Positions 38,870 to 51,863 of a stretch of DNA of 64,000 nucleotides are shown here, piece after piece; position 1 is the first letter of the stretch, and every line of letters begins with the position of its first letter. The notes beneath the pieces were generated by a model that was given only the letters and a program-made list of their open reading frames with translations, made no database searches and had not been told where the DNA came from. The DNA comes from Octopus sinensis (lineage: Eukaryota), in contig NC_043000.1 in the NCBI RefSeq assembly GCF_006345805.1, positions 28,644,001-28,708,000 on the forward strand, given 5' to 3'. Position numbers and translations under genes: made by a program.

Positions 38870-39750
38870 GTTAATTAGCCGGGTGGTCCATGGATTTCCA
38901 TGAATCTTTTATTTGTTTTATTTCCATCCTTATCGCATCATTTGATCAACAATTCTTTTATCCGCTCTTCGTGGCTATTTATCTCTACTATGATCTTTCC
39001 CAGTAGTCGTTCTCGGATATGACAAACATAATTTGCTTAGAAATCGGTTAGATCATTAACAGTAATTAACCCTTTCTAATCCCACTTAACATAACGACCG
39101 ATATCCATCTCATTTAACAATGAACTGTTTTATAACTGCCTCGTCTGTCCACTTTATGTTTTGCTGTGGATCTCCACCTCCTCGGTGAGTACAGACTAAG
39201 TCATCTGCCATTTATATCATAACATACAATCTATACGTCTTTCATACTGGAAGACACAATGCATCGTCAGCCAGTTTATATTACCATATTGATCTATATC
39301 TTCTTAATGATGGAACATTTCATAGATCTGCAGCTATTTCATATCACCCTTATTACCAATTCTTAGTCTAAATCTAATAGTTGAAACAGCTTTGGAATTA
39401 ATTGCTGCCATCACATTATTTCCATTCGCTTTTAATTTCAGAAACGTTCTTTCCCGCTAGAAGTGTTCTTCAGTGGTCAATTCTTTCATTTCTTTGTCTT
39501 TGATTCCGTTTACTTTGAAAATCCCAGGATATTTGTATTACTCTTCAGCATTCATTTCTCTCATCTATTGCTTACGTCAGAGAAGAATATATAAACTTCG
39601 TTTCATTCATGCTTCCCATCATTCAGTTGGAAATATCAATTTCCAAGTTATTAGCAATTCTATAGACTGTGGCAATTTATCATTATATCCAATTCATTCC
39701 CATTCCTTTGTCGTCGCCGTTTGCAGCTCCTGCTGATTAATTCACTAATT
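38870..39750 (-). pseudogene. Highly decayed LINE RT relic (RTE-like)
   Basis: ADDLV-like motif near 39205 and a downstream RI..L pattern; many stops. Confidence 0.35.
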
Positions 39751-40567
39751 TACTGCGATGGTTCTCAATTTGGACGACTCAAATTCCATAGACAAATTTT
39801 CTCGACGCCTAATGTAAAACCTGGCTATTGGGAGCGAAATAAAAATCACTCATAAGTGACCACCTACACACACTCAGCCACATGCATATACATATATACA
39901 TATAGACACACATCTGGCAAGATAGAGTAAGATAGCCAAATATTATTTCAACTCCAGGTTTTATAACAAAGGATTTCTAGATTTTTCCCATAAAAGTGTA
40001 CCTACATCAATGTAGGGATTCGATTTGTGATTCTCCTTTCCTCAAGTGGTTTCTATACGTGTCAAAACATAACCCAGGGTAATTTTCTGCTCTTATATAC
40101 AATAATACTTACACACTTACACACACATACACACACATACACACACATATGCATACGTTTAACCACACACTAATATATTCCTGCTCAATCTTTCTTAAAC
40201 CCAGCATACCCTGCTCTATTCAAATTTATCCAGAAAGAAATCAAAGAAAATAAAAAGAAATAAAACCACCGAGGCTTCAAACACTACAACCAAATTACTC
40301 CATGAAATTTCGGATAAACCACCGTTACCCGAGCATGTTTTGGCGAACAGGCCCCAACTCAATGTGCATATGTATGTATACGTGTGTAATTTTATCAGTC
40401 AATGGTTTCAATATATATCTGTTATTTCTTTGTGTACATAAACATGTATAACCACAACTGTTGAACGTAGAGCTTCGCATAGAGTATCACCATCCGGCGT
40501 ACTTCCAGTAAAATGGTATGGTTTCGACTGTTCTTAGTAGCATTACCGATTATATATACTGTTGTGT

Positions 40568-40813
40568 CTGGGGAGAGTCATTTTCTTTTTGTGCCTTATA
40601 ATGTAACACACTCATCGGTAAAATTTCCATTTATTTCTTATTTTAATTTTCCTATAAAAATAAAATATGGAAAATAAAAATAAGAAAGAAATGGAAATTT
40701 TACCGGTGAGTGTGTTTCATTATAAGGCACAAAAAGAAAATGACTCTCCCCAGAATATGCTTCAACACAGGAACTCATATAAAGAATCTTCCAAACCAAA
40801 TCCAAAAACGAAA
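40568..40813. repeat. Dispersed repeat forming an 85-bp-arm palindrome; second copy at 43645-43830
   Basis: Arms 40568-40652 and 40669-40753; shared ctggggagagtcatt...ccggtaaaatttcc and tatttcgtttttggatttg. Confidence 0.8.
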
Positions 40814-40845
40814 TATATATATATATATATTTATATATATAATAT

Positions 40846-41119
40846 GGATTTCCTTCGATATAACTCGACAAATTCAAAACATTTCACTTCGGATATTTCC
40901 GTGGCTTGTGGAGTATAGCTATAACGAAATTTTGCCAGCAATGTATCATTTTCAACTTGAAGAAAAGAAGACTTGCATATTTGTTCTGGCCTGTTTCATG
41001 TGTGTATGTAAAATCCGCAAATTTCCAAGCAGAAAACAGAATCGAACTATCAATTTTTTTCCACGGAAATACCCGAAGTGAAATGTTTTGATTTTGTCGA
41101 GTTATATCGAAAGAATACC
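40846..41119. mobile_element. MITE with about 58-bp TIRs inserted in (TA)n
   Basis: atat|ggatttccttcgatataactcgacaaa ... tttgtcgagttatatcgaaagaatacc|atat; GG..CC termini and AT flanks are consistent with PHIS/ISL2EU-type MITEs. Confidence 0.8.
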
Positions 41120-41187
<68 letters not shown>

Positions 41188-41355
41188 TGTGTGTGTGGTG
41201 TGTGTGTGTGTTTATTTTCATTGTGCTCATTACTGTTGAAGAGCGTAAGCTTGAAACGTAAAGACATTCTCACCTTCCTGAACATGAAACTAATAGACAC
41301 TTGTTTGTTGTTTATACACCTGTCTTCCTCTTTTGTTTTTCGGTAAATTTCAACT

Positions 41356-41390
<35 letters not shown>

Positions 41391-41434
41391 TATATATACA
41401 CATACATACATACATACATACATACATACATACA

Positions 41435-41467
<33 letters not shown>

Positions 41468-42234
41468 TTATGCACTTTATTAAATAGCAGCAAAATTATC
41501 ATACGAACTGTTACTCAGAGTTTCACGTTCCCGTTCGTCGGACAGTTTTGTTTACGTGATATTTTTGCTACTTTTAATATAGCATATTACTCTTCCTCTG
41601 ATATTCGAGTACTACTTTTTCCACCTTGTTTAAAATTTATGTACTTACTCTGATGCACATTGGAAATCAAAAATGTAAAGACTTTTTATGAAAAGTAACG
41701 CTGAGGTAGGAATAAAAGTAATAAAAGTCATTATAGTGAATTCTTTAAAAGAGATTTAAAAGCATATTTATTGCGGACTGTAAATACGCCTGCGCGCAGA
41801 ATTTTGAAAAATTATAACATATAATGACGGGAAACGTGTTATCTTGTCTCTGAATTATAAGTTAGTTATTGAGGCCGGTTACTGACGAGAATTCGCCTGG
41901 CGGATAATATTGTTTTGCTAAATTACCTATTAAAGGATGGCAAATAATCTTATTTGCTAAAGAAATTCGAAACCATGGTATACCGCTAATACAAATAACA
42001 AGGTAAAAGTTTTTATTTTTCATTTACTTCGAAAATTGCTATTAAATCGTGGTTTTGGCCGTGTTGGCTACTATTTCTAGCATGAAAAAAATTACCTGTT
42101 AAAGGGTAATTTTCTTTTGTGTTTAAATGTACACTATTTTAAAATATAAATATGTTGTCTATTGACTATTTATACATGCTAGGCCACTGGTGGTGATATT
42201 TATAACGAATATTCTCTACCCTATATATGTATCT

Positions 42235-42304
<70 letters not shown>

Positions 42305-42335
42305 TATTTACATATATATGGTGGGTAGGAATTCC

Positions 42336-42367
42336 CTGACGAGCGGTCATCAGACTGTGAAACGGTC
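42336..42367 (+). ncRNA. Minimal hammerhead-like core, stem I unpaired (probably inactive)
   Basis: CTGACGA-gcggtc(atca)gactgt-GAAAC-g-GTC. Confidence 0.45.
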
Positions 42368-42799
42368 CCTTAGTCTTTGTCATTATCATCATCATCATCA
42401 TCAAGAACACCTGGTCATTACTATCTCGAGTTCTAGTGTTCCTAGCGCCGGTTAACTGGTTTCAAGGATTGATGAGTGACCGACACCTCAACATTCTCCG
42501 TAAACAGATCGTCAGTCTTTAGTGTCACTCATCTACACCTGAATGGACTACAGCAGAGAGAAGTGACCACGAAGCACCACACGGTCCAGCAATCGAGACA
42601 ATTATCTGACAGAACCCTAGCCACTAAGAGACTCACCTTCATTGGAGCCTTTCTGATTATTCAAGTATTTCTTTAATCTTTTTGATGACGATCTTCCCTA
42701 CAATCCTAAAACAAATCTTTAATTATATTTCACAAAATATACTTCTATGAGACGAATGCTTCAATTGAAATCTCGATCTGAAAATCACCGTTCAATGTT

Positions 42800-43240
42800 A
42801 GATCCTCCCCTCCTGCTTCTTCCACATCTTCCCCCTTTCATCTCCTCTTCCTCTTCGGTCCCTGCCTCACGCTCCACTTCCTTCTTTCTTTCCTCCTCCT
42901 CCTCCTCCTCCTCCTTTCTTTTTCTTTCACTCCCTCCACTTTCTCCTTCCATTCCCCCTTCTCTTTTTATCTCTTCCTTCTTCTCTCCCTCCTTCATCTC
43001 TATCTTCTCTTCTCCCTCCACCTCATCCTCTCTTCCTATCTGCCCTCTTCCTCCTACTCCTCTCACCATCTTCCCTCTATTTCTCTCCCTCTTTCCCTCT
43101 CATCTTTCGCTTCCATTTCCTCCCCTTCCTCCTCTTCCTCTTCTTTTTTTTCCTCCTCTCCTTTTCTCCATTCTCCTTCATCCTCTTCCTTTTCCCTCTT
43201 TCCTTTTCTCCCCTTTTTTCTCCTCATCCCCTCCTCTTCT
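42800..43240. repeat. Polypyrimidine (CT-rich) tract
   Basis: Almost exclusively C/T on the plus strand. Confidence 0.9.
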
Positions 43241-43844
43241 GATTTGCTACTTCACCAATATAACAAGCTGCAAATTAATTCACATTAATGATGTATGAAT
43301 TGTTTACCAATACCAACCTCCTACACCCCACCCGACCAATCCCACCATATCGATGACGTTCTTCGATTCGTTTAATTTCCGGGTATTTCCTGATCGGTCT
43401 TATCCATAATTATCTTCGAACAAACTATTCCCAATAGCCAAGGTGAACATAGACACATATACAAATGGGATATAATATTTCTGTTAAATAATTTATACCC
43501 TCGGTTCTATAAGGTATACAGTAGCACCTTGGTTTTCGGACAACTCTGGTAGCAAATAAATCGTGCTTTATATGTGTGTGTGTGCGCGCGTGTGTGTGTG
43601 TGGGGGGGGTGAGTGTATGTGTGTGTGTGTGTGTGTGCGTGTGTGTGTGTGCGTGTATTTCGTTTTTGGATTTGATTTGCAAGGTTCTTTAAGTGAGTTC
43701 GTGTGTTGAAGCATATTCTGCTGTGTCTGGGGAGAGTCATTCTCTTTTGGTGTCTTATAATTTAACACTCACCGGTAAAATTTCCACTTATATCTTTTTA
43801 TTTTTCTATAATTTTCGTTGCGTCTTGCAACCTTTTCAATAGTT

Positions 43845-44260
<416 letters not shown>

Positions 44261-44262
44261 TG

Positions 44263-44707
44263 TTTCTTTATTAGCCACACAGGGCTGCACACAGATAGAA
44301 CAAATTACAAGGTAGAGCTTTTCTTTTGAAGGTATTAAAAAAAAAAAAAAGAAAAAAAAAAAAAAAAGGAGGGGGAGGTTCGATCAAAAGGGATCGTAAA
44401 AGGAGAGAAAGAGGACAAAAATAAGGGGGGGTTAAAAAAAAAAAAAAAAAGGGGGGGGGAGAGGAAAAAAAAAAATGATCAATAGGGATCGTTATCACAG
44501 AAATGTCAATATGAAGTGTAAAGGGGAGGACAGGTGAGGTTTACCGTGGAAGAAAAGCCTGCGGAAAAGACCACGGTAACCTCGGTCAATGAAGTCACAT
44601 TTAATTTCTTTTTTTTTTTTTTTTTTTTGCAAATAAGCAACTCTCTGTTTTCGATTTCTGGGTTCATAGGACTATGCTCAAGGTGGCTTCGTCATTCATA
44701 CGTGCCA
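44263..44707 (-). mobile_element. Tx1 family A, 5'-truncated copy (last ORF2 codons plus 3' UTR)
   Basis: Colinear with 9494-9976; the 3' end abuts (GATA)n. Confidence 0.9.
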
Positions 44708-44864
44708 GGTATCAAGCATGATTTATTCATGATCACAGGCGTTCTTAAACCGCTAAGTTACGAGAACGAAGACTCATCGATACTGGTTGGGACTGAACAG
44801 TGGGACTGAACCCGTAACCATGTGCTGGGAAGCAATGTTTTTTTACCACACAGCCACGCCTGAT

Positions 44865-44895
<31 letters not shown>

Positions 44896-45052
44896 CATAC
44901 ATATATATGTGTGTATATATATAGTATATATTATATATTATATATATATATAGAATATATATATATATTATTATAAATGTAATTTTAAATAATATGACTC
45001 AATGGATTGGTCACTGTTTATTTACGTATTTTGGAGTTGGTTGTAATCTACT

Positions 45053-45443
45053 TACTCTTTACTCTTTACTTGTTTCAGTCATGTGACTGTGGCCATGCTG
45101 GAGCACCACCTTTAGTCGAGCAGATCGACCCCAGGACTTATTCTTTGTAAGCCTAGTACTTATTCTATCGGTCTCTTTTGCCGAACCGCTAAGTTACGGG
45201 GACATAAACACACCAGCATCGATTGTCAAGTGTTGTTGGGGGGACTAACACAGACACACAAACATATACATACACACACATACATATATATATACATATA
45301 TACGACGGGCTTCTTTCAGTTTCCGTCTACGAAATCCACTGACAAGGCTTTGGTCGGCCCGAGGCTATAGTAGAAGACACTTGCCCAAGGTACCACGCAG
45401 TGGGACTGAACCCGGAACTATGTGGTTCGTAAGCAAGCTACTT
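45053..45443 (-). mobile_element. SINE type d body, head split off by the Tx1 family C insertion
   Basis: Minus strand begins aagtagcttgcttacgaaccacatagttccggg; the missing 5' part lies at 50891-50924. Confidence 0.9.
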
Positions 45444-45671
45444 TATTTCATATAATTTGCCATTTAGGCATTTACAAAGAGGGGACAAACAAGGACAGAC
45501 AAATATAAAGGGTGAAGTAGCTTAACACAGTTACAATTTTCGAATGAAATTACGGATAAGAATATAAACAATGAATTTTACGAAGGCAATGTTTAAAAAT
45601 ATTAATGATCATGTCGAAGGACGGACACCCAGCCATCCGGGTAGAACCTTTACTTTCTGATCCGGTCACAC

Positions 45672-48600
45672 TTACCTGGTGCAAAACATACCCATCTTGT
45701 ATGCCACAGGCTTCCATCTTTTCACAAACATATCTCGTGACAGACACCTCTTCTCCAGCCTGATTTTACTACTGAGGTGGTAACTAAAAAAGTTAATCAA
45801 CCCCTGGCCGGAGACAAAGGTGCCTGTCACTATACCTTTCGTACGCGTCTTCCATACTGTTTCTTTCAGTATGGCTACTACACAGAAAAAACAAGCCTTT
45901 CTTTCCCTGTTAAGGAAAGGGGGCGGCACAATCTCGATGATAGACTCAGCTGATAGCTGTACTCTTCCCATCACTGACAACAGTTGTTCAACAAAAGCTA
46001 TCAGTCCCGATAACTCCGGACACTCCACGAATGCGTGCAAGACGGTCTCCCTATCCTGCTCACATCGCGGGCATGTCGGCGAGACGGCACTACCGTGCCT
46101 TGACAGCTTGTCGCGAACAGGTAAAGCCGCACGGAAACACTGCCAGGCTAGGGATTTCTGGTAATTATCCAGATACCCCGGCCCGAACGTCCTCCGGGAC
46201 AGGTTGACCAACTGATTTTCATCGTAGCCCAGGGTCTCCCCCAAGGCGTCTTCGGACTTAATCTCCACTAACCCGCTATAGAAATCCGTGGTGGAACTCC
46301 TGTTGCCGGCGTTGCCCACCCGAGATAGTAGCTGGAGCGCCTGACGGCACTCCAAATGCCATTCACTCAGTTTAGGTCTCCGCTTGATCCATGCACCGAT
46401 GTCCGTTAGGGATGTTAACTGGGGAAGGTAGAACCGGACGTGCGGTGACCACACCTGCTCTCCATCCAGGTAAAGCCAGAGGTGCCTCAACCTTAACGCG
46501 AGTTTTCGCATCCTCAGCCAAGGCATCCCTAGCACCCTTTAGCGGTTTCTGGCAGCAGACAGAGCGCTTTACAAGTGGCTTTCCTCCTTTCCACAAAAAT
46601 CGGAAAAGGATTCTCTCCAACTTGTTCAGCCACAAATCGGGGCAAGGCACCACGGTCAGACGGTAGGTGATTACTGATGCTATAAACATCTGCACCACCT
46701 CCGCCTTCCCTAGCAGGGATAACGCCTGCCCAGACCAGGTCTGGGTTAGAGCGGTCACCTTGTTGGCCACCTCACTCCAATTTTTCTCAATCTGGAGGTC
46801 TGGCCCGAACCAGACTCCGAGCAGCTTAACAGGACCTTCCGTCCAACGCCCTACAACGTTATTGGACGGCATCGGCTTGCCCCTCCAGGTGCCGAGTTGC
46901 AAACCGACCGACTTGTCCTTGTTAACCTTTGCTCCTGCCACCGCCTCGTAGCTTTTGATGGCCTCTTCCACCACTGGAAGCTGGCCTTCGTCTGCCACGA
47001 TGATGGAGGTGTCATCCGCATACGCCGTAGCTCCTCTTCCACACCATAGATCATGCGGCACGCCCCCTAGTGCCTCCAACCTCCGCAGCAAAGGCTCAAG
47101 AGCCAATACGTATAGGAGCGAGGACAGGGGACACCCTTGATGAACTGAACGCTCGATCTTGAACGGCTTCGAAAAGGAACCGTTCACCTTGACTACAGAC
47201 TCGATGTCGCTATACAAAGCAGCGATCCAACCTCGAAAGGTCGGGCCTAGGCCAGCCTCTCCGAGGACCGCCGCCAGGTACCGATGGTCGACCCTATCAA
47301 ATGCTTTGGACTGGTCTAAATGTACCAGTGCCCCCCCTGCGCCAGAAAGCTTCCCCACCCTCTCTAAGGAGTAGCGTATAAGGTGGAGATTGTCGTGGAT
47401 CGTTCTGCCGGGGATAGCGCACGTTTGCGCTTCCCCGACAAGTTTGTCCACGACCCGCGCCAACCTTTTTGCTAGCACCTTGGCCAGAATCTTTAACTCT
47501 GTGTTTAACAGAGTTATGGGCCTGAAGTTCCTTATCTCGTCCCCCTTGTTCGGGTCCTTCCTGATCAACGTCACCGCCCCCGGCTCGCAGACTTGGGAAT
47601 TCTCCCATTCTGCTGCCAGTTGGCGTAGACGCTAGCCAGCAGGTGCCCGAACAAGTCTGGCATACTTCTATAAAATTCATAGGGCAGACCATCGAGACCC
47701 GGCGACTTCTCCCCGGGGCACTTGCCCAACACCTCGATTACTTCCTCGGCTGTGATTGGCCCTTCACAGCACTCAGCCTCTCGTGTCGAGAGGCGCGGGC
47801 CACCAGACAGGAAGTCCCTAAGGGCCTCACCATGATCCAGCGTCCCGCACCTCCCGAACAACTCGGCGAAGTGCTTGTGAAGTGCCTCACACATCTCGTC
47901 CCGCTTCTTGATCGTGCATCCGTTTTCATCAACAAGACACCCAATTGTGACATCGTTTCCACGCTGTGTTTCTATCGTACAGGCCCATCCGGCAACATTA
48001 ATTCCCTCACGGCCCAATGCTCGTACTTTAGCCCGGACTCTACATCCCTCATGTTTGGTTTTCAGGTGACGGTCTAATGCCGTTCTCGCCGCTAAAATGT
48101 GAGATGCAGAGCCCAACCTCAACGCCTCCTCTAAGTTCTTAACTAGTTGCCCTTCTATTCTAGCCCTATCTAGTCTTAGTTGTTTACTAAATCTAATGGA
48201 CTCGAATCGAATGGCTCTTTTGAGGGTGAACCACCACCGGTTATTAACCACGGCTCCGGTTAACGCCCTCTGCACTAACACCTTAATCCGGCTACGGTAT
48301 GCCTCGCGTGTCAAAATAGACTTGTTCAGCTTCCAGGAGCCGGTTCCTATCTTAAGTGTGCTATCTATGTCCAGTCTACACGTGACCATTCTATGGTCAG
48401 TATAGGGCACCTGGACGAGCTGTGGACAACTAAAACTAGACTTATCTCTAGTTCTTATCACTATCCTGTCTAGATAAGACTTGAACCTTCCGTCGCCACT
48501 CATCCAGGTCCACTCTGGGACGTTCGGATGGTCAAGTCTGTAACGATCTTCCAGCTGAAACCGCTTAAGCAGATCAACGAGACGTGAGTTCACTTTCCTA

Positions 48601-49072
48601 TAGATCGAGCCAACGCTATCGATGTGTACGTCAACGATAGCATTAAAGTCCCCTAATATCACTAAAGTCTTCGACGTCACGAGAAAGCCCTCTAGGCGCC
48701 GATAAAAATCAGTTTGGAAACCTCTAGCACAAGGTGCATAGAGTCCGATCAACCTGAAGGCCTTACTGCTCTACGTCACATCAAGGACGACCAGCCCACC
48801 TTCTGGGTCTACATAGACACTGTACTTGTCTGTAGAGCCAAGTCTTTACGGATCAGTACCACTACGCCCCCTCGCCCTCCGGTCTGGCCAGGAGACATGA
48901 TTTTCTCGTAGCCATTCAGGAGAGGCGAGAAGGTTTGTAGGCTGTCCAGCTTGGTCTCTGTAGCAACCATCACATGTATATCATGTGATCTGAGGTCGTC
49001 GAGGAAACAAGCCTGCTTCCACTTCGAACTCAGACCACGCACATTTAAACAACCAAGGTTAAGCGAAGCCAT
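45672..49072 (-). pseudogene. Family C ORF2 (AP endonuclease-RT-Cys domain), disrupted
   Basis: MASLNLGCLNVRGL, GDFNA, SYLDRI, KAFDRVDH, QGCPLS, YADD, CPRC..ETVLH..C; frameshifts near 48810, 47573 and 46530, plus a stop near 48770. Confidence 0.92.
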
Positions 49073-49161
49073 TACAAAAAGTAAAAGTTCTACTTACATT
49101 TCGTTGGAGAGGTGGGGGCCGACCTCACCACATGTTTGTGGGCCCCTTCTTTCTCCTCTTT

Positions 49162-50517
49162 CTACAGATAGTCCGGCAAGTTCGCGATATGTCGGATGGC
49201 GTTTGGGTGTCTGTCTTTTAATTGTTTGAACGTTGTTTCCGCAATCCACGCGTGTCTATTTCGATCTTTGTATTTGTTGTACAGTCTTGCTGACTGATGC
49301 TGAACCACAATATCGTTTATGTATTTGTCTTGTGTGTCGAATTCAATTAATATGAGTTCATTTTCTTTTTTGTCTTCTTTTTCTGGGCCAGTTGAGCGGG
49401 ATTTTTTTTTCCGTGTCTGTGGTGTGTCTTTGTTTTTATTATTTTTTGTAGGGGATGTGGACGGGGATGCTGCACGAATTCTTTTACGAACTGGTGTAAA
49501 TCCCGCCTCTGATACCTCCATGGTATCGTCTGGGGTAGCAATAGTTTGTTCGGTAGGCGCCGCAGTTTTTAGGGGGGTGGGAGGTTTTAATAGTGTAGGG
49601 GTTTGTGAGTGCGAGGGCTGGGTTTTTTCTTCAGTCTGTTTTGGGGTTGGCACCGTAACAGCAGGAGTAGGATTTTTTGTTTTTGTAGGGGTAGGTGTGT
49701 TTGCAAGGGTAGGGACTTTTTTATTATCTGAGGGGCCTGGTGTCTGCGGTTTCTTTTGCTTGTCTGGACAGTCTACACGAATGTGGCCCTTTTTGCCGCA
49801 GGCGTAACAGGTGGGTTTTCGGCCTTCGACCTGTACCCTGAGGGCTACGTTCTCGCCCACGAGCACCCTCTCAGGAAGGAGCTGCAGGTCCTCCGCTGTT
49901 CCTTGAATTAATATATTAATGTTACGCCCGAGCCAAAATAGAGGGGTAGAGCATGTTACTTGAAGTATTTTTATTTTGTCCGCCCTTTTATATAACAGGG
50001 CGGCCACTACCTCTACCGGATCTACTTCCGGCGGGGCTTCTACAATCCTGACCCGGGACGTCCTGCGTCCCCTATAGCTTGGGAAAAGTACCACCTCCTT
50101 GGTTTTTAGGGGGTTCACAGAATGCCTGCGGGCCATTTCTTCCCCCGAGAAGCGGACATCCACAGTGCCATATGCCCGTCCCCTGGCGACGTAGACGATG
50201 TCCTTCCAAATCGGGGACAGGCATTTCTCGATGGTGCTTTTTTCAAAGTGTTTGAACCTTCTGCTTTGTGGACAGAAAGTTTTAAACACTACGGTCCGCT
50301 TCTCGGTCTCCACGATACTGGCGGAGGGTGATATTTTAACATCACCACCCTCCTCTTGCATTCTTTTAAATAGCTCGACGAGCTGATTGACAACGATGTC
50401 AATGTTCTCGGTAGCCACCGCGGCTACCGCAGAAAATTTTTTAACATTGCTCTCCTCAAGAGCACTACTTTCGTGAATAATTTCAACATGCATTATTCTG
50501 TTGAAATTAGACAACAC
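49162..50517 (-). CDS. Family C ORF1, gag-like nucleic-acid-binding protein
   Basis: Uninterrupted 451-codon ORF with CX2CX4HX4C knuckle CYACGKKGHIRVDC and a P/T/K-rich tail, upstream of ORF2. Confidence 0.88.
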   Translation of the reverse strand: MLSNFNRIMHVEIIHESSALEESNVKKFSAVAAVATENIDIVVNQLVELFKRMQEEGGDVKISPSASIVETEKRTVVFKTFCPQSRRFKHFEKSTIEKCLSPIWKDIVYVARGRAYGTVDVRFSGEEMARRHSVNPLKTKEVVLFPSYRGRRTSRVRIVEAPPEVDPVEVVAALLYKRADKIKILQVTCSTPLFWLGRNINILIQGTAEDLQLLPERVLVGENVALRVQVEGRKPTCYACGKKGHIRVDCPDKQKKPQTPGPSDNKKVPTLANTPTPTKTKNPTPAVTVPTPKQTEEKTQPSHSQTPTLLKPPTPLKTAAPTEQTIATPDDTMEVSEAGFTPVRKRIRAASPSTSPTKNNKNKDTPQTRKKKSRSTGPEKEDKKENELILIEFDTQDKYINDIVVQHQSARLYNKYKDRNRHAWIAETTFKQLKDRHPNAIRHIANLPDYL

Positions 50518-50890
50518 AAAAATTACGAATATTGGTTTCCGACAAAACTGGGAAACCTATAGAAAGTTTTTCTTCCAAAGTAGTTCAAAAAAGCAGTTCA
50601 AAAATTCCAATTCCCACCCCCATTCGGGGGAGGGGCACGAAAATAGTTTGGCAGGACTATATATAGTCACGTAAATAAAAAGCCACAATGGCTAACAGTT
50701 CAACGGTAAGAAATTATCCAATTATTCCCCGGTAAAACCGGAGAACACGACAGTTCAGCAACGTTTAAAGACAAATTTTCAGTAGTAGAAATTCAACAAT
50801 TAACAACACAGCAAAATTCTTACCGGGAAGAAAACGCGTCCAAACCGTAGTACGGTAAGCAAAGTCACTCTTCAGTCAGTGAGGTTAGCA

Positions 50891-50924
50891 AAGCTACTTA
50901 CCACACGGCCACTCCTACGCCTAC
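50891..50924 (-). mobile_element. 5' tip of the SINE type d head split by the Tx1 insertion
   Basis: Minus strand gtaggcgtaggagtggccgtgtggtaagtagctt. Confidence 0.88.
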
Positions 50925-51169
50925 TTATTGAATTTATTTACTGATGCTGTAGTACATAGTATAAATGTGTTTGAAAGATGTGGTTTCTTTGGTATGTTTG
51001 TCGTCAAACAGCTATTATTTTAGTGCCGTTGGCACCGCTGCACTGAATGGTACAGCCCAGGTGTCGAATGCATAATGATATCCGTGGGGGGAGCTGATGA
51101 TGGAGGTACGTTGGATTGTTGGTATGGCTGTTTTTGTATATGTAGAATAGTATTATAACACACCCTTTT

Positions 51170-51288
51170 GATATACATATACACTACATACACCTATATA
51201 CATACATGTATATGCATATATATATACTTATATATATACCCATATACACAAGTACATACATACATACACACACACACACATTTATATA

Positions 51289-51354
<66 letters not shown>

Positions 51355-51449
51355 ATATATATATATGTATATATATATAATATGTATGTATATATATATA
51401 TGTATATATATATGTATGTAATATATATATGTATATGTATGTATATATA

Positions 51450-51513
<64 letters not shown>

Positions 51514-51518
51514 GTATG

Positions 51519-51567
<49 letters not shown>

Positions 51568-51656
51568 ATGTATGTATATATATTATATATATATATATAT
51601 ATATATGTAGGTATGTATATATATATATATATATATATAGATATATATGTAGTATG

Positions 51657-51697
<41 letters not shown>

Positions 51698-51778
51698 GTA
51701 TGTATGTATGTATATATAATATATATATATAATATATAATATATATGTATGTATATGTATGTATGTATATATATATAG

Positions 51779-51818
<40 letters not shown>

Positions 51819-51819
51819 G

Positions 51820-51862
<43 letters not shown>
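51170..51862. repeat. (TA)/(TATG)n tract
   Basis: Direct read; similar tracts occur at 31570-32262, 35690-35970 and 37000-37240. Confidence 0.95.

Positions 51863-51863
<1 letters not shown>

Larger units (their letters stand above)
45444..50890 (-). mobile_element. Full-length L1/Tx1-clade LINE family C with 9-bp TSD
   Basis: aagctactt at 45435-45443 and 50891-50899; contains 5' UTR, ORF1, a short spacer, ORF2, and a 3' UTR ending gaaata(aa). Confidence 0.95.

Noticed and set aside
44263-50890. Reading 44263-50890 as one LINE
   Set aside because: The 44263-44707 piece belongs to family A. It is separated by SINE sequence from family C, which has its own 3' UTR and TSD.
51000-51135. Pro/Ser-rich minus-strand frame PYQQSNVPPSSAPPTD...
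   Set aside because: Short, with an A-rich weak acceptor and no supporting evidence.
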